A stretch of DNA of 64,000 nt, taken from Candidatus Thorarchaeota archaeon. GTDB taxonomy: Archaea > Asgardarchaeota > Thorarchaeia > Thorarchaeales > Thorarchaeaceae. This document shows, piece by piece, positions 9,579-19,105 of the stretch. Position numbers and translations under genes: made by a program. The stretch spans positions 1 to 64,000 of the forward strand of contig DXJO01000028.1 of assembly GCA_019057475.1 (NCBI GenBank), given 5' to 3'. Position 1 is the first letter of the stretch; every line of letters starts with the position of its first letter. The notes under the pieces are model-generated. The model was not told the DNA's origin. It did not search any database and saw nothing but the letters and a program-made list of their open reading frames with translations.

Positions 9579-9868
9579 TGTTCTCTCTTCCGTCTAGGAG
9601 CGACTCCTCTCTCTAAGTCACGTCTGAGCGAATGACCTAGTTGCTAGAATATTCTCACATTACTAGTAAAAGTCTTCGCCTTCATAGGCAAATTAGAAAA
9701 ACGCTTCAAAATCAGTATTTAGTGAGGCGACATATGATCAAGCCCCTCGAAATTCTTCAACGCGAAATCATGGTTAGTGAAGAAAAACTAGGCCAACAAC
9801 ATGGATGGTTGGACACACTGGATACATGATATTTGCAGGACTACGCGCAGAAACTGACGAGTTGTTCT

Positions 9869-9997
9869 CTAAACCTGCCGTTTCTTCCAGAATACAAATA
9901 CCACAAGCAGAACCATGAAGATCGAACTAGGAATCATAATTCCAAGAAATATTGAAATCGGACCCGAATCGACGGATGTTGGAGTTGCAAGGTTCAT
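9869..9997 (-). pseudogene. Second orphan TM-anchor peptide
   Basis: MNLATPTSVDSGPISIFLGIMIPSSIFMVLLVVFVFWKKRQV*: Thr/Pro linker, TM helix, basic tail. Not in the ORF track. Confidence 0.4.
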
Positions 9998-10118
9998 AAG
10001 TCCATCAGCAATAATGTATATGGAAGTCCAGAGTAAGGTACTAAGATTAAGCCGAATGTATATCCAACAATGATTCTTTAGTCAAGACATGGCTCAAGCA
10101 TAAAGGAGCCATTACAAC

Positions 10119-10988
10119 TTGAGAACATGTGCAAAGTGTGGAAGAGCAAATGATGTACTACGGAAGCACTGCACTCGATGCGGAGCCTCTCTCCTGAAAG
10201 CGGCAGAGGACTCGAAACCATCTGCGTCTATCCCCAAATCAGGAAGAGTAGTCACTGGACCTACCCTTGAGGAAGTCGAGGAACCAGAAGAGGTCGTGAG
10301 TCCAGAGCCAGTGCAGGTTGATTACGAAGAGGGAACGGAAGTAGTAAAACAGATACTTGAGAGGGTCAAAGCAGCTGAAACTCGTACAACGGGCGAAGAG
10401 GCTGCATCGCAGCCAGAAACTGATGTTGAGGTTCTAGAAGAAGAACCCCCAGAGGAGATGGCTGAACCGATGATTCCCGAGGAACCTACGGCTGAAGCTG
10501 AAATACCACGTGACGAGCCAACAGCCCCCCCACCTGAGGAGATGCGTGGACAAGAACCCGCTCCCGTAGCTCCCCCTTCGATGGTTTCCGCGGCTGTTGA
10601 GGACCACCTTCGAGACGAGAAGATCAGGAATCTAGAATCCAACATTAAGGCCTACAATGTTGAACGTGCGCAGCTACAGTCCGAGTTGGACAAGTTGTGC
10701 TCTCGTCTTGACGAAGGAGTCGAACGTTACCGCACCGTTGCTGAAACCAAACGAACCCGTGCTGAAAGGATAGAACGTGAGTTGAGTCTTGCGAAGAAAG
10801 AGTACAATGATGCTAACAAGGAGTACAAGAACGCAGAAAACCGCAGGAACAAGGAATTGTCAAATGCCGAGAAACGGATTCGTGACATGGATAAGCGAGT
10901 CAAGAAGGCTCAGGATGCAAGAGATAAACGGCTTCGGGATCTGGAAAAAGAGCGGTTGAAGCGCGAAGAAGAAGCAAAGAAAGGCTAG
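10119..10988 (+). CDS. Zn-ribbon, Pro/Glu-rich linker, long coiled-coil protein
   Basis: CAKC...CTRC at the N-terminus; last ~120 aa are a charged heptad helix; TTG start after GGAG. Confidence 0.8.
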   Translation: MRTCAKCGRANDVLRKHCTRCGASLLKAAEDSKPSASIPKSGRVVTGPTLEEVEEPEEVVSPEPVQVDYEEGTEVVKQILERVKAAETRTTGEEAASQPETDVEVLEEEPPEEMAEPMIPEEPTAEAEIPRDEPTAPPPEEMRGQEPAPVAPPSMVSAAVEDHLRDEKIRNLESNIKAYNVERAQLQSELDKLCSRLDEGVERYRTVAETKRTRAERIERELSLAKKEYNDANKEYKNAENRRNKELSNAEKRIRDMDKRVKKAQDARDKRLRDLEKERLKREEEAKKG

Positions 10989-11280
10989 GCAATTAGGCCA
11001 TACTATTGGGTGGATGTAGACTTACCAGTGGGTCAAACAGCACAACACCCTAGATGACTGGATATTGCTCGGTGATATATCTCATAAAAGAATAGAGGCA
11101 GGTGGCTGTCATGCCTTCAACCATACAGCTCGGGAGGTAGACCCCTATTACTCCGTCTAATACTCCTGAAAACACAACCTCGAATCTCGAGACTCAGAAT
11201 CTCAATGCCCGAGAAGCAACGTGAGCGTTTTCTTTTTCTCACTAGATCGCCTGACAGAATCTGTATTAGATTCAAGTATT

Positions 11281-11319
11281 AAAAAAATAGAATGCCCTAC
11301 TCAGCGTATGGCTGAGTAG
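11281..11319 (-). terminator. Hairpin + T-tract terminator
   Basis: CTACTCAGC-N5-GCTGAGTAG (11297-11319); A7 at 11281-11287 is the T-tract on the minus strand. Confidence 0.7.
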
Positions 11320-11340
11320 AGCTAGCAATTTGCAGTGCTA

Positions 11341-11913
11341 CTACGGCATATAGGGCATCATCCCGTTAGGGAGGAAATTATAGTCGACGCCTGGTGTGAC
11401 ATCGCGTGAACCGAACTCTGGGTGTGGGCCTCCGTCAAATGTGAAGGAAGTCCTTGCTGTGTGTCTCAACCAGACCACCTTTGTTGGGTGTTCACTACCA
11501 TCATCAACGCTCACCATCTCATGACGATGCACGTAACCTAGACTAGCATATGATTCTGCTTTCTCAGGGCTCCACGTGTCTATGATGGCATGAACAATCC
11601 AGAGGAGTTCTCCATCACCTGCGTCTGATGACCACCAACTAGCTGCGCCAAATGGACCGGTGTTGTAATGTTTCCCAACCAACTGATTTGGTCCCGCTTG
11701 GACCCAGTAGTGGCCAGGGATATCAGTTGCTCCACCAGCTCCATCTGGAGCACCAGCCATGTAGTAGTTCTCTCCGTCAACGAGTATCGTTATCCCGTGG
11801 ACGAATCCGTCGCTCTCAATGTCGTTCGAAGTTGGTGTTGCAGCTGCTGATACCATAGGTATCGTAAGTGCTGCAACGATCAACACAACGAAGGTTAGCA
11901 TAGATTTCTTCAA
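11341..11913 (-). CDS. Secreted His/Trp/Gly-rich protein of unknown function (possible metal binder)
   Basis: TTG start 11913 after GGAGA; signal peptide; motifs PGHYWVQ, GKHYNTGP, YVHRHE, WLRH. Confidence 0.75.
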   Translation of the reverse strand: MKKSMLTFVVLIVAALTIPMVSAAATPTSNDIESDGFVHGITILVDGENYYMAGAPDGAGGATDIPGHYWVQAGPNQLVGKHYNTGPFGAASWWSSDAGDGELLWIVHAIIDTWSPEKAESYASLGYVHRHEMVSVDDGSEHPTKVVWLRHTARTSFTFDGGPHPEFGSRDVTPGVDYNFLPNGMMPYMP

Positions 11914-12056
11914 ATTAGTATCTCCAAAGATATTGTATCTATCATTACACACATAACAATAGTTAATAACGATTTCCTCGAACATTTCAGGATGACCTTG
12001 AAACTATCAAGGGATTGGAGATAGTGATGGGTCATCTGTGAGGAAGTTGGAAGAAA

Positions 12057-12713
12057 ATGAAGACTCTACATATCGCTACAGTTGGTGAAGATACGGAAAC
12101 GGTCCTTGTGGGGATGAAAAATGTTCCAACGCACAGATTGGATCTTATTTGCTTACATGAACACAGGGATTCTGTGAATGCCTTCGCACTAAACTTGGAG
12201 AAGACTCTCAAAATAGATGTGGATGTCCATGTTGTTGATGGTAAGATAGTAGAAGGCGTTCTTGAAACGGTTGCAGATATCTTGAATGAACACAATGGGA
12301 AATTCGATGATGTGGTGCTGAATGTTGCTGGTGGAGAGAAGGTCTTAACCTGTGCAGCCGTCACTGCAGCATTCTTCAATGGACTCAAGGCCTTTCATCT
12401 GAAAAACGAAACTCCAGTAATGCTTCCAGTTATGAAGGTCAAATACAGCGACATAATCTCGAAGGCGAAGATGGCTGTAATCAAGGCAATCCATGATGCG
12501 GGTGGAGCAATTCAAAGTCTAGGTCAGCTGAGTGACATCTCAGGCTATGGAAGACCTCTACTAAGCTACCACATCTGGGGTGATGATGAGTCACGAGGAC
12601 TGGTTGAACTCGGTCTTGTAGAAGCTGAACGTGGAAGGCATGGACGACTTGAAGCCCGCCTTACAGTACTGGGCAGAGCGATGGTTCTAGCTCAGTCATC
12701 AACTGATCGTTAG
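12057..12713 (+). CDS. HFX_2341/DUF6293-family regulator (CARF-like Rossmann domain + winged HTH, Csa3-like architecture)
   Basis: N-terminal HIATVG strand; LNVAGGEK resembles the CARF NxTGGxK motif; C-terminal SLGQLSDISGYGRPLLSYH...GLVELGLV...LTVLG wHTH. Confidence 0.75.
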   Translation: MKTLHIATVGEDTETVLVGMKNVPTHRLDLICLHEHRDSVNAFALNLEKTLKIDVDVHVVDGKIVEGVLETVADILNEHNGKFDDVVLNVAGGEKVLTCAAVTAAFFNGLKAFHLKNETPVMLPVMKVKYSDIISKAKMAVIKAIHDAGGAIQSLGQLSDISGYGRPLLSYHIWGDDESRGLVELGLVEAERGRHGRLEARLTVLGRAMVLAQSSTDR

Positions 12714-12829
12714 AACTTGAAATGCTATAGAAGCATCTCATGTTCGTTAAAGGGAATTAAGATTACATACAGTATAGTTTAGAAACAGGATGATTATGTT
12801 CAAGGGGATTCATTTCTACTCAATTCTGT

Positions 12830-13186
12830 TCATATTTGGAATTCTAGGTGGTCTTCCATTGTTTCTGGAACCGGTCCAGTTAGCATGATTTGATTGCGAC
12901 TATCAAGTGAGTTGTTGAAATATGAAAGCGGGTTAGCTACTAGTAGATGATTTCCAGTTGCGAAGACTAAGTAACCAATAACCGGCACTGTTTTCCTAAT
13001 GAGATTCTCATTGCTCTCGCCAGTTACATCGGCAATGCTTAATGGCACATCTTCAAATGATACGGAATTGTCTAACACCGTGAAGTACGCCAATGTTGCA
13101 ACGTTTGTAGCAGCGAGCATTACGACCAAAAGAATCAAGGCAGTTGGTCTTTAACTTTTTTTCTTACTTTTCCCTTTCTTAGACAT
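12830..13186 (-). pseudogene. Membrane-anchored protein (possible OB fold) with in-frame stop
   Basis: ATG 13186 reads MSKKGKSKKKS, TAA at 13151-13153, then continues in frame RPTALILLVVMLAATN...; the 3' end also looks truncated. Confidence 0.6.
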
Positions 13187-13385
13187 AGCGTTGACATCTA
13201 CAGAACTAGTATTTGAGTAGGCACCATTACATTCCATTGTAATAAACACAACCTAACTTCAAACATATTGATGAAAATACACTAATACGACTTTGAATGG
13301 ATGATGCATTGACAAGCTAGAAATTCAGTCGAGTAACTTATTAGTTACTCATCGTGGATATTCCCAAACACTTGGAGGGTGTTGA

Positions 13386-16300
13386 TTGAAACAGGTGTAT
13401 TCATTTACAATAACCTTTGTTCTACTTTTTGGCATTGCTTCATCATTTGGGTTTGTATCAGCAACGCCTGCAGGAGTACATGTTGAAGCTCTTGTTTTTT
13501 CCATAATAACCTCAGATGATGAACAGGTTCTTGCACTTCTCAATGATGAAATTGATCTGATTGGAGAGATGATTGATCCCAGCTTTCTTCAAGCTCTTGC
13601 AGAAGCAGAGGATATAGAGGTAGCAAACGTTTCGCGGAATGGTTATGGTTATCTCACAATCAATTGTGATAAATATCCTTTGAATATCACAGCATTTAGA
13701 CGAGCATTTTCATTTGCCTTGGATAAAGAAGCTATCTCAGATGACGTCTGGGAGGGCTTATCTGTACCACAGGACAGTGTTGTTCCACAAGTCAATCCAT
13801 TTTCAATTGAGGGACAGCTTCCTTACACCTATTATGAAGCGAATGTAGTTATAGGTCAACAACTTCTAGCTGATGCTGGCTTTTCTGATATTGACGAAGA
13901 CAATTACCTTGAAGCTCCTAATGGGAGTGACTTTAATGTCAAAATCGAGGTGGCGCAGTCATCAAGTATTGCAATCGAGATAGGGCAGAAGGCTGCTGAG
14001 GCCCTCACCGCTTTAGGTATTAACGCGACATCCGTTCCGACAGATTTCTACGAATATCTCAATAGATTGTATTTCCATGGGGACTATGATATCGCCTTTC
14101 TTGGAACTACTTTCGGCAATTTCGATGTTGATTGGCTTGCCTATGAATATTGGTCCGAGTATGCGGATGAACCGTATCATAACTTTCCGAATTTCCGAAA
14201 TGCAAGTTATGACGTTTGGAGGGATCAACTTCTCCATGCAACTGAATACGAAGATGTCTATGACGCTGCAATTGAAATGCAACGTATCCTCGTCCATGAG
14301 AGCCCCATTGTTGTCTGTTATGAGAATATTCTTTTGTCTGCTTACAGAACCGATCGTTTTGAGGGTCATATAAATCAGCCAAGTAAAGGCGTGCCAAATT
14401 GGTGGACCTTCTATAATGTGCGTCAATCTCCTGCTGGAGGCACTTTCAGAACAAATTTGGCGTTGGATGTAGATTCTTTCAATTTCATGGTTTCAAGCTC
14501 GCATTACTCCGAATTGGTAAATATGGAAATGTGGGATTCCTTGATTAGGTTAGGTCCAGATGGAGATGATGTTCTTTGGTTAGCGGAATCCTGTATTGTC
14601 GAAACCCATGCTGATAACCCTGCTGTGCCTGCTGGCCATACAAGATTCACGTTCGATATTGTGGAGAATGCTACTTGGACTGATGGTACTGCATTAACTG
14701 CAGAGGATGTTGCATACTCATTCAACTACTACCGTGACGCACCTGGTAACCCATACGGTGTTGATCTCGCTGAGATGACCGCAGCATACGCACCAACCCC
14801 ATACACAGTAATCGCTGAATTCAATAGTGAGTCCTACTGGCACTTGCATACTATTGGCTACAAACCAATCATTCCGAAACATATCTTCGAAGTTATAGGG
14901 ATCGATGGTTGGAATACTTGGAATCCCAATCCTCCCGCTGAAGAGATGGTGACATCTGGACCATTCAATGTTTCCGAATACGTTGCGGGCGAATTCATCG
15001 AGATGACGAGGAATCCGAGTTACTTCCGTGCTATACCGGCATCGCAAATAGAAAGCCCGTCAATTACTCCCCAGAGTGATATCACGTATGGATTTGGGTC
15101 TACAGGAAATCAAATCTCGTGGCCTGTTTCTGATTCCAATCCAGATACATACAGCATTTACAGGGACTCCATAGAGATTGAAGCAGGAGTTTGGGTTTCC
15201 GGGAACATAGTGATAGATATCGATGGATTAGATGTGGGTCAATACAACTACACTCTGGAAGTTCATGACACTGATGGCTATTCTGCTGTCGACACTGTCT
15301 TGGTCAATGTAACAACACCTGGATCTGGAAAGATCATATTTGACTATTCACACGGTCAGTATAGTGCATTTGTAGCTGATATCGATCAGTATCTTATGAA
15401 CAACCTTACTGCTCTTGGATATGAGATTGTGTGTGCCTTTGGTGGAATAAACTCATCAATACTGAGTGATGCTGATGGTCTGATAATCAGCTCGATATAT
15501 GGCACAGACAATGGTTTTAGCGCCTTGGAAATTGATGATATTGCTAACTGGTTCAATGATGCTCCACGGTTCCTATGGATTGGTTATGATTCTGATTATG
15601 ATGGGCGATATGTTAACGATAATATGACTGCCATACTGAGCGGTGTTGGCTCTCATGTTTACGGTGAACCAACTTCAATTGATGATGCAGAAGAAAACTG
15701 TGGAGCTGCGTATAGGGTTGTCGCAAATACAACCAGTTCGAACCCATTCGTATCGGAAATCGTTGAGGGCGTTTCACATGTGATTATGCATGGACCTACA
15801 TGTTTGTATGGAAGTACATTGGCAGATTCTACCAATGGGGTCGTTTCTCTTGAAGACACATCAATCGAAAATGTCTACCCCCTCCTATACTATGGTCAAG
15901 GTGCTACGATCGCAGATAGGGATCTAGTTCCACCGTTGGCTCATACTGACGCGCAAATCGGTGGCTTTGCTGCTGCTGCGATGGAAATCAATGCAGGACT
16001 TGGCGGGAATGGCGTAATAGTAACCTCAGGAGCTTCTCCTTATGGTGACTTTCGTCCAATGTGCACGTTCTTCTATTATCGAGTCTTGACTGGTGATCTT
16101 CTCGTTCGCAATGCCATTGATTTCGGTATGACAAGGATACTTGACACAAGCGCTCCAGTTATTGACGCACCTGAAGACCTGATATACAATGAAGGGGACG
16201 TAGGTAACTACATCAATTGGAGTGCGAGTGTTCTCAATCCTTCATCATATTCTATTTATTTCGAAGAAGAACTACTCTACGCAGGTTTGTGGAACTCAAG

Positions 16301-17435
16301 TTCAGAGATTCTATCTGTCAATGTTGATGGACTTACATTGGGCATCTACAACTATACCATACTCTTTGAGAACGGCTTAGGGAACTCTAGCACTGATACT
16401 GTGTATGTTGAAGTCGTTGATGGAACATCGCCTATTCTTACACATCCAACTGACTTAACCTACTCAGAAGGTTCCACCGGACACACGATCTTATGGCAGG
16501 GAACTGAGAATTATCCTTCCCACTATGAGGTCTTCAAGAATGGATCTATCTATCAATCTGGGCTATGGAATTCTAGTAGTGAACTGATTTCGGTCAGTGT
16601 TGATGGTCTTTCTCTTGGTACCTATAACTATACACTTGTCCTAACCGATGACAGTGGGAATTTCGCACCAGATACAGTCTTTATCACCGTGATTGATACT
16701 ACAGCACCAGAATACAATCTCCTTCCTGATGATATCTCATTCAATGAAGGAGAAACTGGATTTTCCATCATATGGAATTTCACTGATGGTAATCCTGCGC
16801 GATATGTACTATATAGGAATGGTTCAATGGTCGACAGTGGCACTTGGACGAATCCCTATTCATACGAGTACGCGATTTCTGTAACTGCATATGGACTGTA
16901 TAACTTCACAATCGTGGTCAATGACACTACTGGCTTTAGTGCTTCTGACACCATGTGGGTGACAATCAATGACGTCACTCCCCCCTCTTTGAACAACCCT
17001 GCAGATATTTCGTTCCAAGTCGGTGAAACTGGATATGTTGTCGATTGGATTCCATCAGACAACAATCCGCTAACCTATTCAATAACTAGGAATGGAACAG
17101 TTATTGGGAGTGGTCAATGGACATCAGGAGATTCTCTAGTTGTCAATCTGGATGGTCTTACTCAAGGTACCTACTTGTTTACGATAGTGATCTGGGACCA
17201 ATCTGGGAATTTCGCGGTGGATACAGTGGTTGTAAGAGTCCTAGAAACATCCACAACTACCACAACAACAACGACTACAACAACGACTACAACAACGACT
17301 ACAACAACGACTACAACAACGACTACAACAACTGAACCTGACGATATTATGACAGTAATTCTCTTTATCACCGCAATGGGATCATTTGTCGTGATAATCG
17401 TTCTTGTCATAATAGTTATGCGAGCTAGGAAATAA
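13386..17435 (+). CDS. Family-5 (OppA/DppA-type) ABC substrate-binding protein, circularly permuted, with 5 Ig-like repeats, a GATase-like domain, a Thr linker and a TM anchor
   Basis: FRRAFSFALDK and GDYDIAF motifs precede GGTFR...WDSL...WLAES...WTDGTALTAEDVAYSF...SGPF. Five P-x-I...D-x-x-Y-x-x-G-x-T-G...W repeats. IIFDYSHGQ domain. Confidence 0.9.
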   Translation: MKQVYSFTITFVLLFGIASSFGFVSATPAGVHVEALVFSIITSDDEQVLALLNDEIDLIGEMIDPSFLQALAEAEDIEVANVSRNGYGYLTINCDKYPLNITAFRRAFSFALDKEAISDDVWEGLSVPQDSVVPQVNPFSIEGQLPYTYYEANVVIGQQLLADAGFSDIDEDNYLEAPNGSDFNVKIEVAQSSSIAIEIGQKAAEALTALGINATSVPTDFYEYLNRLYFHGDYDIAFLGTTFGNFDVDWLAYEYWSEYADEPYHNFPNFRNASYDVWRDQLLHATEYEDVYDAAIEMQRILVHESPIVVCYENILLSAYRTDRFEGHINQPSKGVPNWWTFYNVRQSPAGGTFRTNLALDVDSFNFMVSSSHYSELVNMEMWDSLIRLGPDGDDVLWLAESCIVETHADNPAVPAGHTRFTFDIVENATWTDGTALTAEDVAYSFNYYRDAPGNPYGVDLAEMTAAYAPTPYTVIAEFNSESYWHLHTIGYKPIIPKHIFEVIGIDGWNTWNPNPPAEEMVTSGPFNVSEYVAGEFIEMTRNPSYFRAIPASQIESPSITPQSDITYGFGSTGNQISWPVSDSNPDTYSIYRDSIEIEAGVWVSGNIVIDIDGLDVGQYNYTLEVHDTDGYSAVDTVLVNVTTPGSGKIIFDYSHGQYSAFVADIDQYLMNNLTALGYEIVCAFGGINSSILSDADGLIISSIYGTDNGFSALEIDDIANWFNDAPRFLWIGYDSDYDGRYVNDNMTAILSGVGSHVYGEPTSIDDAEENCGAAYRVVANTTSSNPFVSEIVEGVSHVIMHGPTCLYGSTLADSTNGVVSLEDTSIENVYPLLYYGQGATIADRDLVPPLAHTDAQIGGFAAAAMEINAGLGGNGVIVTSGASPYGDFRPMCTFFYYRVLTGDLLVRNAIDFGMTRILDTSAPVIDAPEDLIYNEGDVGNYINWSASVLNPSSYSIYFEEELLYAGLWNSSSEILSVNVDGLTLGIYNYTILFENGLGNSSTDTVYVEVVDGTSPILTHPTDLTYSEGSTGHTILWQGTENYPSHYEVFKNGSIYQSGLWNSSSELISVSVDGLSLGTYNYTLVLTDDSGNFAPDTVFITVIDTTAPEYNLLPDDISFNEGETGFSIIWNFTDGNPARYVLYRNGSMVDSGTWTNPYSYEYAISVTAYGLYNFTIVVNDTTGFSASDTMWVTINDVTPPSLNNPADISFQVGETGYVVDWIPSDNNPLTYSITRNGTVIGSGQWTSGDSLVVNLDGLTQGTYLFTIVIWDQSGNFAVDTVVVRVLETSTTTTTTTTTTTTTTTTTTTTTTTTTTTEPDDIMTVILFITAMGSFVVIIVLVIIVMRARK
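17253..17333 (+). repeat. Coding tandem repeat: poly-Thr (27 codons) containing 5 perfect ACAACAACGACT units
   Basis: 12-bp unit repeated over 17265-17324. Confidence 0.95.
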
Positions 17436-17442
17436 ACTGCAA

Positions 17443-17474
17443 AGGAGGCCATTGGCCTCCTAGCACTTTTCTTT
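17443..17474 (+). terminator. Hairpin + T-rich terminator
   Basis: AGGAGGCC-ATT-GGCCTCCT, then TTTTCTTT. Confidence 0.65.
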
Positions 17475-17648
17475 CAAGAAATCATGACCCTTGATTCCTA
17501 TTCTTCAAATCTCATCATGTATGTTCATTAGACCCTTTGAATTAGTGGAGAAATGAGTACCCTTTAATCGAACGCCATCCCAGTCACGGTTTAATGGTGT
17601 TATCCAATATGTCGGGCAAGGAATGAGCTGATACGAGGTCTGGTAAGA

Positions 17649-18944
17649 ATGGACGAACATGAGATTGATGACAAGAAGAACACTGTACCATTCACAGCTC
17701 GAATCATTGCTTACTATCGTGCTATGGAAACCAAGTGCGAAAACCCGCTCATCGTTGACCCCTATGCAGAACGTCTTACAGGTGACATGACTGCGTATTT
17801 TGAAGAACACAAACGAACGCGCGGAACAGGGGACTATGCAGTTGTTCGAACTTACTACATCGACAACCATCTGCTAGCACCTTGGTGTAACAAGCATGAG
17901 AAATTCCAGATTGTTCTGCTGGGTGCAGGATTGGATGCGAGAGCTTACCATCTTGAATCGCTCCAAAGAAACGAACATACACTCTTTGAGATTGATTTTG
18001 ATATTGTGAACAGCTACAAGGCTAGCATTCTTCAGGATGACCAACCTCTGTGTGACCTCGTGCGAATCTCTGCAGATTTGTCAAACCCAGCTTGGATCTC
18101 GCAACTGGAAAAAGAGGGGTTTGCGCATGATATTCCTACCTTTTGGCTGCTAGAGGGTCTCGTTTACTATATCGATCAAGAAATGGTCATATCGGTCCTC
18201 AAGGCTGCTGCAAAGAGTTGTGGAGAAGGAAGCCAGATATTCGCAGATGTCTGCGTTCCCGGACTCACACTCGCACAGTTCGGTCCATTCATGATGCATT
18301 TTAGGTGGGGACTAAACAAAGAGGATGTCCCTCAATTCTTTGCGCATTCAGGCTGGAATGTCACTTGCGCGTTTGCCGATGACTATGATCAAGGTTGCGA
18401 TGTGGGACAAAGAGGGCTCATGTTTGTCACTGGATTGCGTGACCTCTCAAGACTAGGAGTTCCTTTGTCTCTGGCTGAATCCGTTGATGATGAGTCAATG
18501 AAGATTCCAGAATCTGAAATCCAGAGTTTTTCGAAAGAATTCATCAAGAAGACTATTCCTGAGATTGAGGGTATCCTCGATATCTACCAGAACAACTCTG
18601 ATGTTGGTATGACCACCTATCTTGAGTTCATCAAGAAAGAAAAACCCAGTCTAAAGAGAATCGTGAAGAGCTTCAACAACATCTACTCTATAGGACAAAT
18701 TTCATCACGACTGTTGAGAGACCCCTCCACAGTAGTACTTCATACTCGAGAAGAGGAGGAAGCGCATATAGTCGGCTATCTCAAGGCTATACTGTATCTT
18801 GGATACTGCGGGGCCAAAGGACTTGCAGGAGAGCAGTTCTCCATTACATCTCTCTATAAGCTGGGTGTGAAAACACAGACTATTAACAAAATGCAGTCAC
18901 TTGTGGACCTTGTCAGAGAGGACTTGCAAATGGCCACTTCTTAG
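17649..18944 (+). CDS. SAM-dependent methyltransferase (LCM/ML2640/YktD family) with extra C-terminal helical region
   Basis: DPYAERL, VRTYYID, QIVLLGAGLDARAY, FEID, ADL, EGLVYY motifs. Confidence 0.9.
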   Translation: MDEHEIDDKKNTVPFTARIIAYYRAMETKCENPLIVDPYAERLTGDMTAYFEEHKRTRGTGDYAVVRTYYIDNHLLAPWCNKHEKFQIVLLGAGLDARAYHLESLQRNEHTLFEIDFDIVNSYKASILQDDQPLCDLVRISADLSNPAWISQLEKEGFAHDIPTFWLLEGLVYYIDQEMVISVLKAAAKSCGEGSQIFADVCVPGLTLAQFGPFMMHFRWGLNKEDVPQFFAHSGWNVTCAFADDYDQGCDVGQRGLMFVTGLRDLSRLGVPLSLAESVDDESMKIPESEIQSFSKEFIKKTIPEIEGILDIYQNNSDVGMTTYLEFIKKEKPSLKRIVKSFNNIYSIGQISSRLLRDPSTVVLHTREEEEAHIVGYLKAILYLGYCGAKGLAGEQFSITSLYKLGVKTQTINKMQSLVDLVREDLQMATS

Positions 18945-19105
18945 CTCGCTTCAGACCTCCCTTGAAACAGTTTAGGATTACAGCTGCTCCTCTTGCCTGT
19001 TTGGCAGATATCCAGGGCCGAATATCGCACGACCCATAATGACCTTCAGGGCTATTTCGCGAAAATTCTTATTTGAGATAATCTCAAACCAATCAAGGTG
19101 GTAAT

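Noticed and set aside
9641-9829. 62-aa + strand ORF
   Set aside because: No homology cues; lies in a probably decayed intergenic region.
10989-11280. ncRNA or IS remnant in the gap between convergent genes
   Set aside because: No convincing stems, terminal inverted repeats or transposase-like frame.
12057-12713. Part of a CRISPR-Cas or CBASS defence locus
   Set aside because: No cas genes, array, cyclase or nuclease effector in the window.
17253-17333. Short direct repeats as a CRISPR array
   Set aside because: Contiguous 12-bp units with no spacers, in frame as poly-Thr.
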